From assembly GCA_963703315.1 (NCBI GenBank), contig OY969811.1, forward strand, positions 2,144,001 to 2,208,000: 64,000 bases of DNA, read 5' to 3'. The translations under genes were made by a program, and so were the position numbers. Positions 49,480 to 58,040 of the stretch are shown here, piece by piece. The notes under the pieces were generated by a model. It was not told the origin of the DNA and did no database searches. It saw nothing but the letters and a program-made list of their open reading frames with translations. How positions within the stretch are numbered: position 1 is the first letter of the stretch; each line of letters opens with the position of its first letter. This DNA is from an uncultured cyanobacterium. Its GTDB lineage: Bacteria > Cyanobacteriota > Cyanobacteriia > Pseudanabaenales > Pseudanabaenaceae.

Positions 49480-49857
49480 ATGAAAAGGGATATGAATCTA
49501 ATTCGTAAACTTCTTTTGCAGTTGGAAGAAGCGCCAGCAGAAGTATATGTATCAAATTTAGAAGTGGCTGGATATTCGGATGAAGAAATTGCTTACAATG
49601 CTTACCTGATGATTGATGGCGGATTGGCAGAAGGCAGACAGTCTAAACAAACTAATCAAATGGGAGATAGTTGCCCTGTAGCTGTGACCTTGACTAATTT
49701 AACTTGGGAAGGGCATGAGTTTTTTGACTCAATTAGAAATGATTCTATCTGGAAGAATACACTAGGCTATATCAAGGAAAAAGGTGGGAATGTTCCATTT
49801 AACTTAATACCGCCAATCGCAGCGCTTTTTGTCAAGCAACATTTTGGGTTGTCATAA
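49480..49857 (+). CDS. DUF2513 domain protein
   Basis: MKRDMNLIRKLLL..LTWEGHEFFDSIR..IW; the ORF-track extension upstream is translated repeat DNA. Confidence 0.88.
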   Translation: MKRDMNLIRKLLLQLEEAPAEVYVSNLEVAGYSDEEIAYNAYLMIDGGLAEGRQSKQTNQMGDSCPVAVTLTNLTWEGHEFFDSIRNDSIWKNTLGYIKEKGGNVPFNLIPPIAALFVKQHFGLS

Positions 49858-49924
49858 GCTTAGAACAGGGAGTTATTGTTTGTAATTGTTGTTAGTGAGT
49901 TATCTGATTTAAAGGGGGTATCAA

Positions 49925-52900
49925 GTGGGGAAATCTAACTGGCGATCGTTTGAAGAGGCTCGTGCTTTTGTACATCAACTTCAACTAAAAAATGTAGCAG
50001 AGTGGAAGGCTTGGGCGAAAACTGAAGCAAAACCATCAGATATCCCTTGTAATCCCTATGGAGTCTATAAAGACAACGGCTGGATTAGTTATGGTGACTG
50101 GCTTGGCACTGGTGTAGTTGCATCTCAAAATTATACGTATTTATCATTTGCAGAAGCTCGTGATCTTGTCCATAAATTGCAGTTAAGAAATCAACAAGAA
50201 TGGAGAGATTGGGTCAAGACTGATGCTAAACCTGAATGTATGCCTGCCAATCCTTATGGTACTTATAAAGACAAAGGATGGCAAGGTTGGGGGGATTGGC
50301 TCGGCACTGGTAGACTTGCAAATCGGAATCGCACTTATCTTCCTTTTACAGAAGCTCGTATTTTTGCTCATCAACTTAGGTTAAATACTACTGAAGAATG
50401 GAAATTGTGGACAAAGACTGATGCTAAACCTGATAATGTACCTGCTGATCCTGCACGTGTATACAAAAGCAAGGGGTGGCAAGGTTGGGGGGATTGGCTC
50501 GGCACTGGTAGGCTTGCTAACCAGAATCGCATTTATCTTCCTTTTGTGGAGGCTCGTGCATTTGCTCATCAACTTAAGTTAAAGACTGCTGAGGAATGGA
50601 AAGTCTGGGCAAAAACTGACACTAAGCCTAATAACATACCTGCTAACCCTGCACTTGTATACAAAGACAATGGATGGATAGGTTGGGGGGATTGGCTTAA
50701 TACTGGAAGAATTGCCAACCAAAATCGCATTCTTCTCCCTTTCCAAGAAGCTCGTGCATATGTTCACAAATTAAACTTAAAAAGTAGGGAAGAATGGAAA
50801 TCTTGGGCAAGGAGTAAAGATAGACCTAGCAATATTCCTGCTGATCCATATAAAGCCTATGAAAAGGAAGGATGGTTAGGGTGGGGGGATTGGTCTGGCA
50901 TTATAAGCCGATGGAAGCCCAATGCTATCTTGAGTTTTCTATATAGTCTCAAGCCTATTTTATTTGGTTTGGAATCTGCTGAACTTTACGCCATCATGAG
51001 GCAAAACGGTATGATTGCTTCTATTGGCAATAAAAGAAATAATCCCGAAATCTTCAAAAGCATTAAAGATTTATGCTCTACCAAAGATCTCGAATCTGAA
51101 TGCAATAAATTAATTTCTCAGATTGAAGATTTAAGAAATAACGGAAGTGGTGAATCTGATGATGCGGAGTTTGAAGATTTTTTCAAAGATGACGACTTAA
51201 ATAGTAGCGAAGAAATAGATACTAATTTAGTCCCTGCTGAAATTGAAAATACTGATACTGAACTACCTCAACTAAAATCCTTTGACTCATTAAAAGCAGT
51301 TGACTTACTTGTAGAAGCAGGAATCACCTCAGATCATGAAACTATCGAATTTTTAATCTGCAATCGCGTTAGCGCCCTATGGCAAGCCTGCCTAAACAAC
51401 GACCCTACCTTTGACCTAGACCGACTTCGCAACGAAACAGGCGGCACATACTTTCAGACGATCCGCGATCGCTTCCTCAGTCAACACGATGGCGCAGCAA
51501 ACCTCACCATACCCAACGGCTATAACTTCCCATATCCACCCAACCTGATGCAACGCCTCACCGCCTATCGCATCCTCACAGAAAGAAGGATCGGTAACTG
51601 GTCAGGAGTTGGCGCAGGGAAAACCATATCCGCCATCTTTGCCAGTCGCGTCATTAACGCCAAATTCACAATCATCATCGCCTTTAACAGCACCATCGAA
51701 GGATGGGCAAAAGCGATCGCCCAAGTCTATCCCGACAGCATCATTTACCAAAAAGAACGCGGTGAAATCAGCGTAGATCGCAACCACCATAACTATCTCA
51801 TTCTCAACTTCGAGAAATTCCAACAACCCTACTCCGCCGAACTTGTCGGCAACATCCTCACCAATCACCAGATCGATTTTGTCGTCATCGATGAAATCCA
51901 AAACGTCAAACAACGCGATCCCAATCCCAACAAAGAAAGCAAACGCCGCAAAACCCTTAACTCCCTACTCTCCGAAGCATCCCGCCAAAACCCTGAACTC
52001 TGCGTCTTAGGCATGAGCGCCACACCCGTCATCAACAACCTCTACGAAGCCAAAGCACTGCTCGAAATGACAAGGGGCGAAAAATTTGACGAATTGAAAA
52101 CCTTCAGCACGATCGCCAATGCCCTCGCCATGCATGAAAAACTGATGCTTCATGGCATCCGCTATCGTCCCAATTACAAGATTGCGATCGCCGAAAGCTT
52201 TCCCGAAATCTCAGGCGAACATCTGCGACCTCAACTCATCGCCGCCATCAAAACTAGCCCCCTCGCTGTCGAGCAAATCCTCCTCTCAGCCAAAATCGAC
52301 ACCATCATCGCCCATCTCAAAACAGGAACCCTCATATATACCCACTATCGCGAAGGCATGGTCGAACCACTCCACAAAGCGATCGCCGCCGCAGGTTACA
52401 AGGTGGGCTTATTCACAGGCGTAGAAGACACCAAGGAACGGGATTCCGCCAAACAGGAATTTATCGCCAGAAAAATCGACATTCTCATCGGCACGGCTCC
52501 CATTGGTACAGGCGTTGATGGACTGCAATATGTTTGCGATCGCCTGATTATCGCCAGCCTTCCTTGGACTCATGCCGAATACGAGCAACTAGTCGGGCGC
52601 ATCTATCGCCAAAAATCATCATTTGCCAAAGTAGAAGTAATTATTCCCCAAGTCATCCTCGATCATCAGGGCGATATCTGGTCATGGGATCGTCAATACC
52701 GATGGAGTCGCATTCAATGGAAAAAATCCCTCGCTGACACGGCGATCGATGGCGTAATTCCTAAAGGCGAACTCGCCTCGGAAAAAGTCGTCCTCCAAAA
52801 AGCAGGAGAAGCGCTGCAAACATGGATCGATCGCGTCGAAAGTGGCGATATCTATGAAATCAACCGTGAAGAATTGCGCGTCCCCTTACCCGAAGCGATC

Positions 52901-53494
52901 GCTAAAATCCTGCAACGCCGCTTTGGTGACTTCTCGGCGATGAACAACCGCTTCAATAATTCCTACAGCCATACCACAGGCGATCGCCTCAAAGCAAACC
53001 CCGAAGAATGGTATCAATACCACCACCTCTATCGCGCCGCCCGTGAATCATGGAAAGAAATCCCCTACGAAAAAATTGCCGAAAAGCTCCAAAACTACAC
53101 CAATCTCCAGATCGGGGACTTCGGTTGCGGAGAAGCCAAACTAGCCGAATTACTTCCCAATCATCAAGTCCATTCCTTCGACCACATCGCCATCAACGCA
53201 AAAGTACAAGCCTGTGATATCGCCCATACACCTCTCCCAGATGCCACCCTCGATGTCGCCATCTTTTCCCTATCCCTCATGGGCTTAAACTATGCCGAAT
53301 ATCTCCAAGAAGCCCATCGCACCCTCAAAGGTGGCGGCAGTCTCCTCATCGCCGAAACCATCAGCCGATGGACAGACAAAAAGCAAGAACTTCTAGATTT
53401 ACTAACGAGTTTAGGATTCACTGTTGTTAAAGTGCAAACAGGCGATCGCTTCCTTTACATCAATGCCACTAAGCCACTGATCACCTTACTTTGA
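49925..53494 (+). CDS. Fusion: five ~66-aa Trp-rich integrase-type repeats + SF2 helicase + Rrp8-like SAM methyltransferase
   Basis: Repeats F.EAR.F.H.L.L....W..W....KP..IP.NP..VYK..GW.GWGDWLGTG; GVGAGKT, DEIQ, SATP, GVDGLQ, QLVGRIYR; DFGCGEAKL, CDIAHTPL, AIFSLSLMG. Confidence 0.85.
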   Translation: MGKSNWRSFEEARAFVHQLQLKNVAEWKAWAKTEAKPSDIPCNPYGVYKDNGWISYGDWLGTGVVASQNYTYLSFAEARDLVHKLQLRNQQEWRDWVKTDAKPECMPANPYGTYKDKGWQGWGDWLGTGRLANRNRTYLPFTEARIFAHQLRLNTTEEWKLWTKTDAKPDNVPADPARVYKSKGWQGWGDWLGTGRLANQNRIYLPFVEARAFAHQLKLKTAEEWKVWAKTDTKPNNIPANPALVYKDNGWIGWGDWLNTGRIANQNRILLPFQEARAYVHKLNLKSREEWKSWARSKDRPSNIPADPYKAYEKEGWLGWGDWSGIISRWKPNAILSFLYSLKPILFGLESAELYAIMRQNGMIASIGNKRNNPEIFKSIKDLCSTKDLESECNKLISQIEDLRNNGSGESDDAEFEDFFKDDDLNSSEEIDTNLVPAEIENTDTELPQLKSFDSLKAVDLLVEAGITSDHETIEFLICNRVSALWQACLNNDPTFDLDRLRNETGGTYFQTIRDRFLSQHDGAANLTIPNGYNFPYPPNLMQRLTAYRILTERRIGNWSGVGAGKTISAIFASRVINAKFTIIIAFNSTIEGWAKAIAQVYPDSIIYQKERGEISVDRNHHNYLILNFEKFQQPYSAELVGNILTNHQIDFVVIDEIQNVKQRDPNPNKESKRRKTLNSLLSEASRQNPELCVLGMSATPVINNLYEAKALLEMTRGEKFDELKTFSTIANALAMHEKLMLHGIRYRPNYKIAIAESFPEISGEHLRPQLIAAIKTSPLAVEQILLSAKIDTIIAHLKTGTLIYTHYREGMVEPLHKAIAAAGYKVGLFTGVEDTKERDSAKQEFIARKIDILIGTAPIGTGVDGLQYVCDRLIIASLPWTHAEYEQLVGRIYRQKSSFAKVEVIIPQVILDHQGDIWSWDRQYRWSRIQWKKSLADTAIDGVIPKGELASEKVVLQKAGEALQTWIDRVESGDIYEINREELRVPLPEAIAKILQRRFGDFSAMNNRFNNSYSHTTGDRLKANPEEWYQYHHLYRAARESWKEIPYEKIAEKLQNYTNLQIGDFGCGEAKLAELLPNHQVHSFDHIAINAKVQACDIAHTPLPDATLDVAIFSLSLMGLNYAEYLQEAHRTLKGGGSLLIAETISRWTDKKQELLDLLTSLGFTVVKVQTGDRFLYINATKPLITLL

Positions 53495-53535
53495 TTATGC
53501 TAGGCTAAAAATAATTTGCATTCAGGAATGAAGAG

Positions 53536-53796
53536 ATGTCAACCAATAGCCCAACTGTATTTGCAGAAGAATTAGCCAATGAGCTAGACAAAATCCCTGA
53601 GCAGTATTGGTCAAACCTTTTGCAGATTATTCGTTTATTTCGTGAAAGCGTTACGCCAGAATCAGAAAACCATTCTCAAGATCCTGCAATTGTCGAGGCG
53701 ATCGAAGATTTAGGGCTTGTCCATGCCATGCTAGAAGTCAAAGACGAAAAGCCTCTTAGTCTCCAAGAAGCACTTGCCGAAATGGAAAGAGCATGA
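53536..53796 (+). CDS. Putative antitoxin
   Basis: EAIEDLGLVHAM..LSLQEAL; ATGA overlap with RelE. Confidence 0.75.
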   Translation: MSTNSPTVFAEELANELDKIPEQYWSNLLQIIRLFRESVTPESENHSQDPAIVEAIEDLGLVHAMLEVKDEKPLSLQEALAEMERA

Positions 53797-54062
53797 ATGT
53801 TAATTATCTTCCCAGCTTTCTTAAAGAACTTAAAGATCTCAGAAGTACACCTTACTTCAAACCCATAAACACACTTGTATTTGAGGAGATTCCTAAACTT
53901 GCTGGGTTGGCAGATATCAAAAATGTCAAAAAGCTACAGGGGTATGAAAATGCGTATCGAATCAAAGTAGGAGATTATCGAATTGGAGTGATCTTTGAAG
54001 ACGAAACCGTTACATTTTGTAGAGTATTGCATCGCAAAGAAATTTATCGCTATTTCCCATAA
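53793..54062 (+). CDS. RelE/ParE family toxin
   Basis: SFLKELKDL, KKLQG..YRIKVGDYRIG and HRKEIYRYFP motifs. Confidence 0.92.
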   Translation: MNVNYLPSFLKELKDLRSTPYFKPINTLVFEEIPKLAGLADIKNVKKLQGYENAYRIKVGDYRIGVIFEDETVTFCRVLHRKEIYRYFP

Positions 54063-54140
54063 ACTAACTCTCCCACCACAGATTCCCAAGAAATTGGCTG
54101 CTCCCCTAATCTTTCTGACTCAGCGATCATCTCTAGAGCA

Positions 54141-54608
54141 TTAGAGAACTAAGCTTGCCATTTTTAGTAGAAGTTCTGCATCCAATAAAAAGACTGTTTG
54201 TAGATCTGCAAATTTTTTGATCGATACCTGCATGATATGACTGGCAATACCCAAGGTGTCGCGATCGCGGTATTCGGCTGGTATTGGCTGGAGACTCTGT
54301 ACAGGTACATCTTCTACATTAGGTAAATTGGCGATCGTAATTCCGTATAAACTATTTTTCCCTGCGAAAATAACTAGGAAACCTTTGGCTAGATTTGTCT
54401 CTTGACCATAAATTTTTTTATATAGGTCAATGACTAAAACTTCGCGATCTTCATAGGTGGTTATTCCCAATAACTTATCGCCACTACGATGAATTTGCGG
54501 TAAAGGAATAATCCGTACGACACTATCGATTCCCATTGCCAAATTTAGATCTCCCATTGAGAAGATTAAAAATTTGAGAGTTTCTTGTTTTTTCTTATTG
54601 CTGAGCAT
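54141..54608 (-). CDS. cheW: CheW-like protein
   Basis: KFLIFSMGD..GI..Y..EVLVIDL; follows cheA. Confidence 0.8.
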   Translation of the reverse strand: MLSNKKKQETLKFLIFSMGDLNLAMGIDSVVRIIPLPQIHRSGDKLLGITTYEDREVLVIDLYKKIYGQETNLAKGFLVIFAGKNSLYGITIANLPNVEDVPVQSLQPIPAEYRDRDTLGIASHIMQVSIKKFADLQTVFLLDAELLLKMASLVL

Positions 54609-54650
54609 GGTAATTAATTATATGTTCGTATAAGCGTTGCGAAGCAACGC

Positions 54651-57600
54651 TTATACGAGTAAATCTTGAATTGTTTTGATTAAATCTTGCTCCAGATAAG
54701 GCTTGGTAATATATCCTGAAGCGCCAAGCACTTGAGCAACACCGCGATGCTTTTGTCCACCGCGTGACGTGACCATCACAATCGGAAGAGCCTTGTGACG
54801 CAGATCTTTGCGACAGGCTGCTAAAAATTCAAATCCATTCATATTGGGCATTTCCACATCGCATAACACAGCTTGAATTTCAGGCGATCGCGCAAGTTTA
54901 TCGATCGCCTCTCGTCCGTCGGAGGCTTGGACTATTTGATAGCCAAATTTTTCTAAGGTGAGATAGAGGGCTTGACGGGTGGTGAGCGAATCATCAACGA
55001 TCAGAATAGTTGGTCTCTGAAGAGATTTGACTTCTAATACTGTTGGCTTAGAGGGGACATGAGCTTTATCCGTAACTGGTGATTTAATCGAAGACTGAGG
55101 CATAGAGATCAAGGCGGCGCTATCAATCACGGGAACAAGTGTGCCATCGCCCAAAATAGTACAACCATATAAATAGGGTGGTGGAGCGATCGCTTTCCCA
55201 AAGGGTTTCACAGCTAACTCTTGTTCATTGAGAACGCGATCAATAGGTAGGGCGACTATTTCACTACCATCAGAGAATAACAACATCGTGGTTTGATTTT
55301 CTTCAGTAAAGGATTCTGTACTAAATATATCTAACGATTGTTTGGGTAATGGATAGCCATCAGCAAATATGGATATGGGATATAGCGGAATTAACCGATC
55401 TTCAAAACGATAAAATTCTTTGCCTTGAATAATTTGAATTTCACTAGAATCAACGGTGACAATGCCAAGTAAGGTATCGATCGCGATCGCTAATAATCGC
55501 TCTTGAATGCTGAAAATCATCAGCTTGGCAATACTGAGAGTAAGCGGTAATTTAATCGTAAATACCGTACCCTGACCTAGTACTGATTTAATGTCGATGG
55601 AACCCTTAAGACTGCGAACTTGCTCTTGGACAGTGGACAGCCCCATGCCTCTTCCTGATAGCTCAGAGACAGTTTCGGCTGTCGAGAAACTAGGTGCAAA
55701 TAGAAATTGATAAACCTCCTCATTAGTAATTTGATCGGCTTGTTCAGGTTCCAATAAACCAACGGCGATCGCCTTTTCTTTGACCTTCTCAACGTTAATC
55801 CCATGACCATCATCTTTGATTTCGATATAGGTTTGGTTACCACGATAGTAAGCTCGAATCTCAATGGAAGCAATTACAGGCTTACCGCGCTCCAGACGAT
55901 CCTGTGTTGAATCCGTACCATGATCGAAGGCATTTCGCACCAGATGCACAAAGGGATCGTAGAGCTTTTCTAGTACCGATTTGTCAACTAAGGTGCTTGT
56001 ACCTAATAGTTTGAGATTGACCTGTTTATTGTATTTATTGGATAGTTCGCGCACCATGCGGGGCAAACTGCTAAGAATGTCACTTAGAGGTAACATCCGC
56101 GACCACAAGAGGTCATACCTGACTTGTTTGAGAATTTGATGTTTGCGGCGTTGAGTTTGTTGGGTTTGCTGCATCAGCACGGTCATATCCCGCATTCCTT
56201 CATCGATTTGAGCGATTTCTTCGAGAGATTCTTGGATGACGTTATACAGATGGTTATAGGAATCCATTTGTAATGGATCGAAATCTGCAAGTAGATTTGC
56301 TGAGGTCGATAGGTTAGTAGATAGATTAGATAGAAATGAGCTAATCTCTGGCGCTCTAACTTGCGATCGCTGCGCTTTGTCCAGCCAAGTTTGCAGACTC
56401 TTGGAGAGTTTTTCAAAACCTTTGAATTGTTTTTGGAGGCGTTCTATCTTAGCTTGAAGCTGCTGATTTTGGAGAATTGAAGCATTTTCTTGAGTTACCA
56501 GTTCACTAGAAAAATTATTCAATCTTTCTAATCTAGGTAAATCAACTTTTACGGTTTCAGAAATATAGGGAGCTATATTTTCTGCGGTTTTGGTTGGTGT
56601 TTTAGTTACAGATTTACTGGTGGGATTTAATAAATTCTGATTGGTCTTTTGATCAGGACTTAATAATTGCTTTGGCTGAATTTGGCTAGGCTGAATTTGG
56701 CTAGGCTGAATTTCGCTAGGCTCGACCGATGATATCTCCGCTACAGTATGTTCTAAAGTATTATCCACATCAAAATCAACTGAACCAAATATTGAATCTA
56801 AACTATGAAAATCTTCAAAGACATTAGATTTTAGATGATCATTCTCATTGCCTGAATGGTCGGCAAAAATCTCAAATTCTTGATCGATTTGATCGTCTAA
56901 GGTATCAAGATTTAAAGAACCAGTAACTTTGTTTTCTGGAGTATCTAATGTTAGTTCTGAATTACTTACTGAAGAAGTATGATCAAAATCGGCAAAATTA
57001 TCTGGTGAAGATTTTGTCAATACATCTAAATCTTTATAGTCACTATCAAGATTTTCTAAAGTTGAATCTGTGAATGCTTTATCTGTACTTAATTCTGATT
57101 CTAGATTTGATTCTAGATTGGAGAAATTTAGATCACCTATTTCTAATTCTAAAGACTGAAACCAATCATCAGGTTCTTCAAAATCTAACTGGAAAGGCTC
57201 TTCAGTCAAAGTTGTCGCGATCGCCTCACTTTGAAATTGATTAGCTTGAGCGAGGTTAAGTAACTCTGGACTAGGTTGACCACCTTGAGCGCGATCGCCT
57301 GCTAACACTTGCTCACGAGCCGCTTCAAAATTTGCTACGGCAACCTTGCCTACTAAAATTGGATTGTCGGGACAATTCTCAAGGGCTTGCAAAGTTGCTT
57401 GGGCGATCGCCTTGAAGCCTGACAAATTTAATAATTCACCAATACCGCTAAATACTTCTATTTGCGCTCTGATTTCTCCCGTTACAGGTACGCCTTCAGG
57501 ATGAGCAAGGACATTTTGTAAGCGCGAAATTCCTTGCTGGACATCGCCTTCAAATACGACTTGGACAATATCGACCCCCAACTCCGCCGCCGTTGGTAAT

Positions 57601-58025
57601 TCCACATCTTCATCAGTATCACCCAAATATAGCTTTAAGACTTCAAAGACTGGTTCTGCTTCGGCGATCGCTGATGCTGCTTCGTAATGTCCTGATTGCA
57701 GTTGATCCATTAAGGGCAATCGCAAACAGTCGTAAGCCTGAAACAGCAAGCCTTCCACATCAGAGTCAATCTCTCCTTCAAAGCGATAGAGGGATCTAAA
57801 CACATCTTCTAATTGATGGGCGATCGTTTTGATACCATCGAGATTGAGACTAGCGGAACCACCCTTAATGGAATGGGCAGCTCGCATAATTGCGTGAATA
57901 TTCGCAGTGCTGCGATCTTCTCGCAACGACAGCAAGCCAGTTTCGATAATTTGCAAAAACTCAGGAGCTTCTTGCTTAAAAAACTGATATGCCTGATCTT
58001 GAATTTCGGTTTCGGTACTGTACAT
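54651..58025 (-). CDS. cheA: CheA-like hybrid kinase (Hpt-HATPase-CheW-REC)
   Basis: RAAHSIKG, HLVRNAFDHG, DDGHGI, SGRGMGL and a C-terminal receiver (VDDS, CDVEMP). Confidence 0.95.
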   Translation of the reverse strand: MYSTETEIQDQAYQFFKQEAPEFLQIIETGLLSLREDRSTANIHAIMRAAHSIKGGSASLNLDGIKTIAHQLEDVFRSLYRFEGEIDSDVEGLLFQAYDCLRLPLMDQLQSGHYEAASAIAEAEPVFEVLKLYLGDTDEDVELPTAAELGVDIVQVVFEGDVQQGISRLQNVLAHPEGVPVTGEIRAQIEVFSGIGELLNLSGFKAIAQATLQALENCPDNPILVGKVAVANFEAAREQVLAGDRAQGGQPSPELLNLAQANQFQSEAIATTLTEEPFQLDFEEPDDWFQSLELEIGDLNFSNLESNLESELSTDKAFTDSTLENLDSDYKDLDVLTKSSPDNFADFDHTSSVSNSELTLDTPENKVTGSLNLDTLDDQIDQEFEIFADHSGNENDHLKSNVFEDFHSLDSIFGSVDFDVDNTLEHTVAEISSVEPSEIQPSQIQPSQIQPKQLLSPDQKTNQNLLNPTSKSVTKTPTKTAENIAPYISETVKVDLPRLERLNNFSSELVTQENASILQNQQLQAKIERLQKQFKGFEKLSKSLQTWLDKAQRSQVRAPEISSFLSNLSTNLSTSANLLADFDPLQMDSYNHLYNVIQESLEEIAQIDEGMRDMTVLMQQTQQTQRRKHQILKQVRYDLLWSRMLPLSDILSSLPRMVRELSNKYNKQVNLKLLGTSTLVDKSVLEKLYDPFVHLVRNAFDHGTDSTQDRLERGKPVIASIEIRAYYRGNQTYIEIKDDGHGINVEKVKEKAIAVGLLEPEQADQITNEEVYQFLFAPSFSTAETVSELSGRGMGLSTVQEQVRSLKGSIDIKSVLGQGTVFTIKLPLTLSIAKLMIFSIQERLLAIAIDTLLGIVTVDSSEIQIIQGKEFYRFEDRLIPLYPISIFADGYPLPKQSLDIFSTESFTEENQTTMLLFSDGSEIVALPIDRVLNEQELAVKPFGKAIAPPPYLYGCTILGDGTLVPVIDSAALISMPQSSIKSPVTDKAHVPSKPTVLEVKSLQRPTILIVDDSLTTRQALYLTLEKFGYQIVQASDGREAIDKLARSPEIQAVLCDVEMPNMNGFEFLAACRKDLRHKALPIVMVTSRGGQKHRGVAQVLGASGYITKPYLEQDLIKTIQDLLV

Positions 58026-58040
58026 GGCGGCGCTCCTGTT

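Noticed and set aside
50183..50767. Three similar minus-strand ORFs of 62-63 aa
   Set aside because: They are antisense shadows of the 198-bp repeats in the helicase fusion.
56672..56722. 15-bp tandem repeat in cheA (IQPSQ x3)
   Set aside because: Ordinary in-frame low-complexity linker variation.
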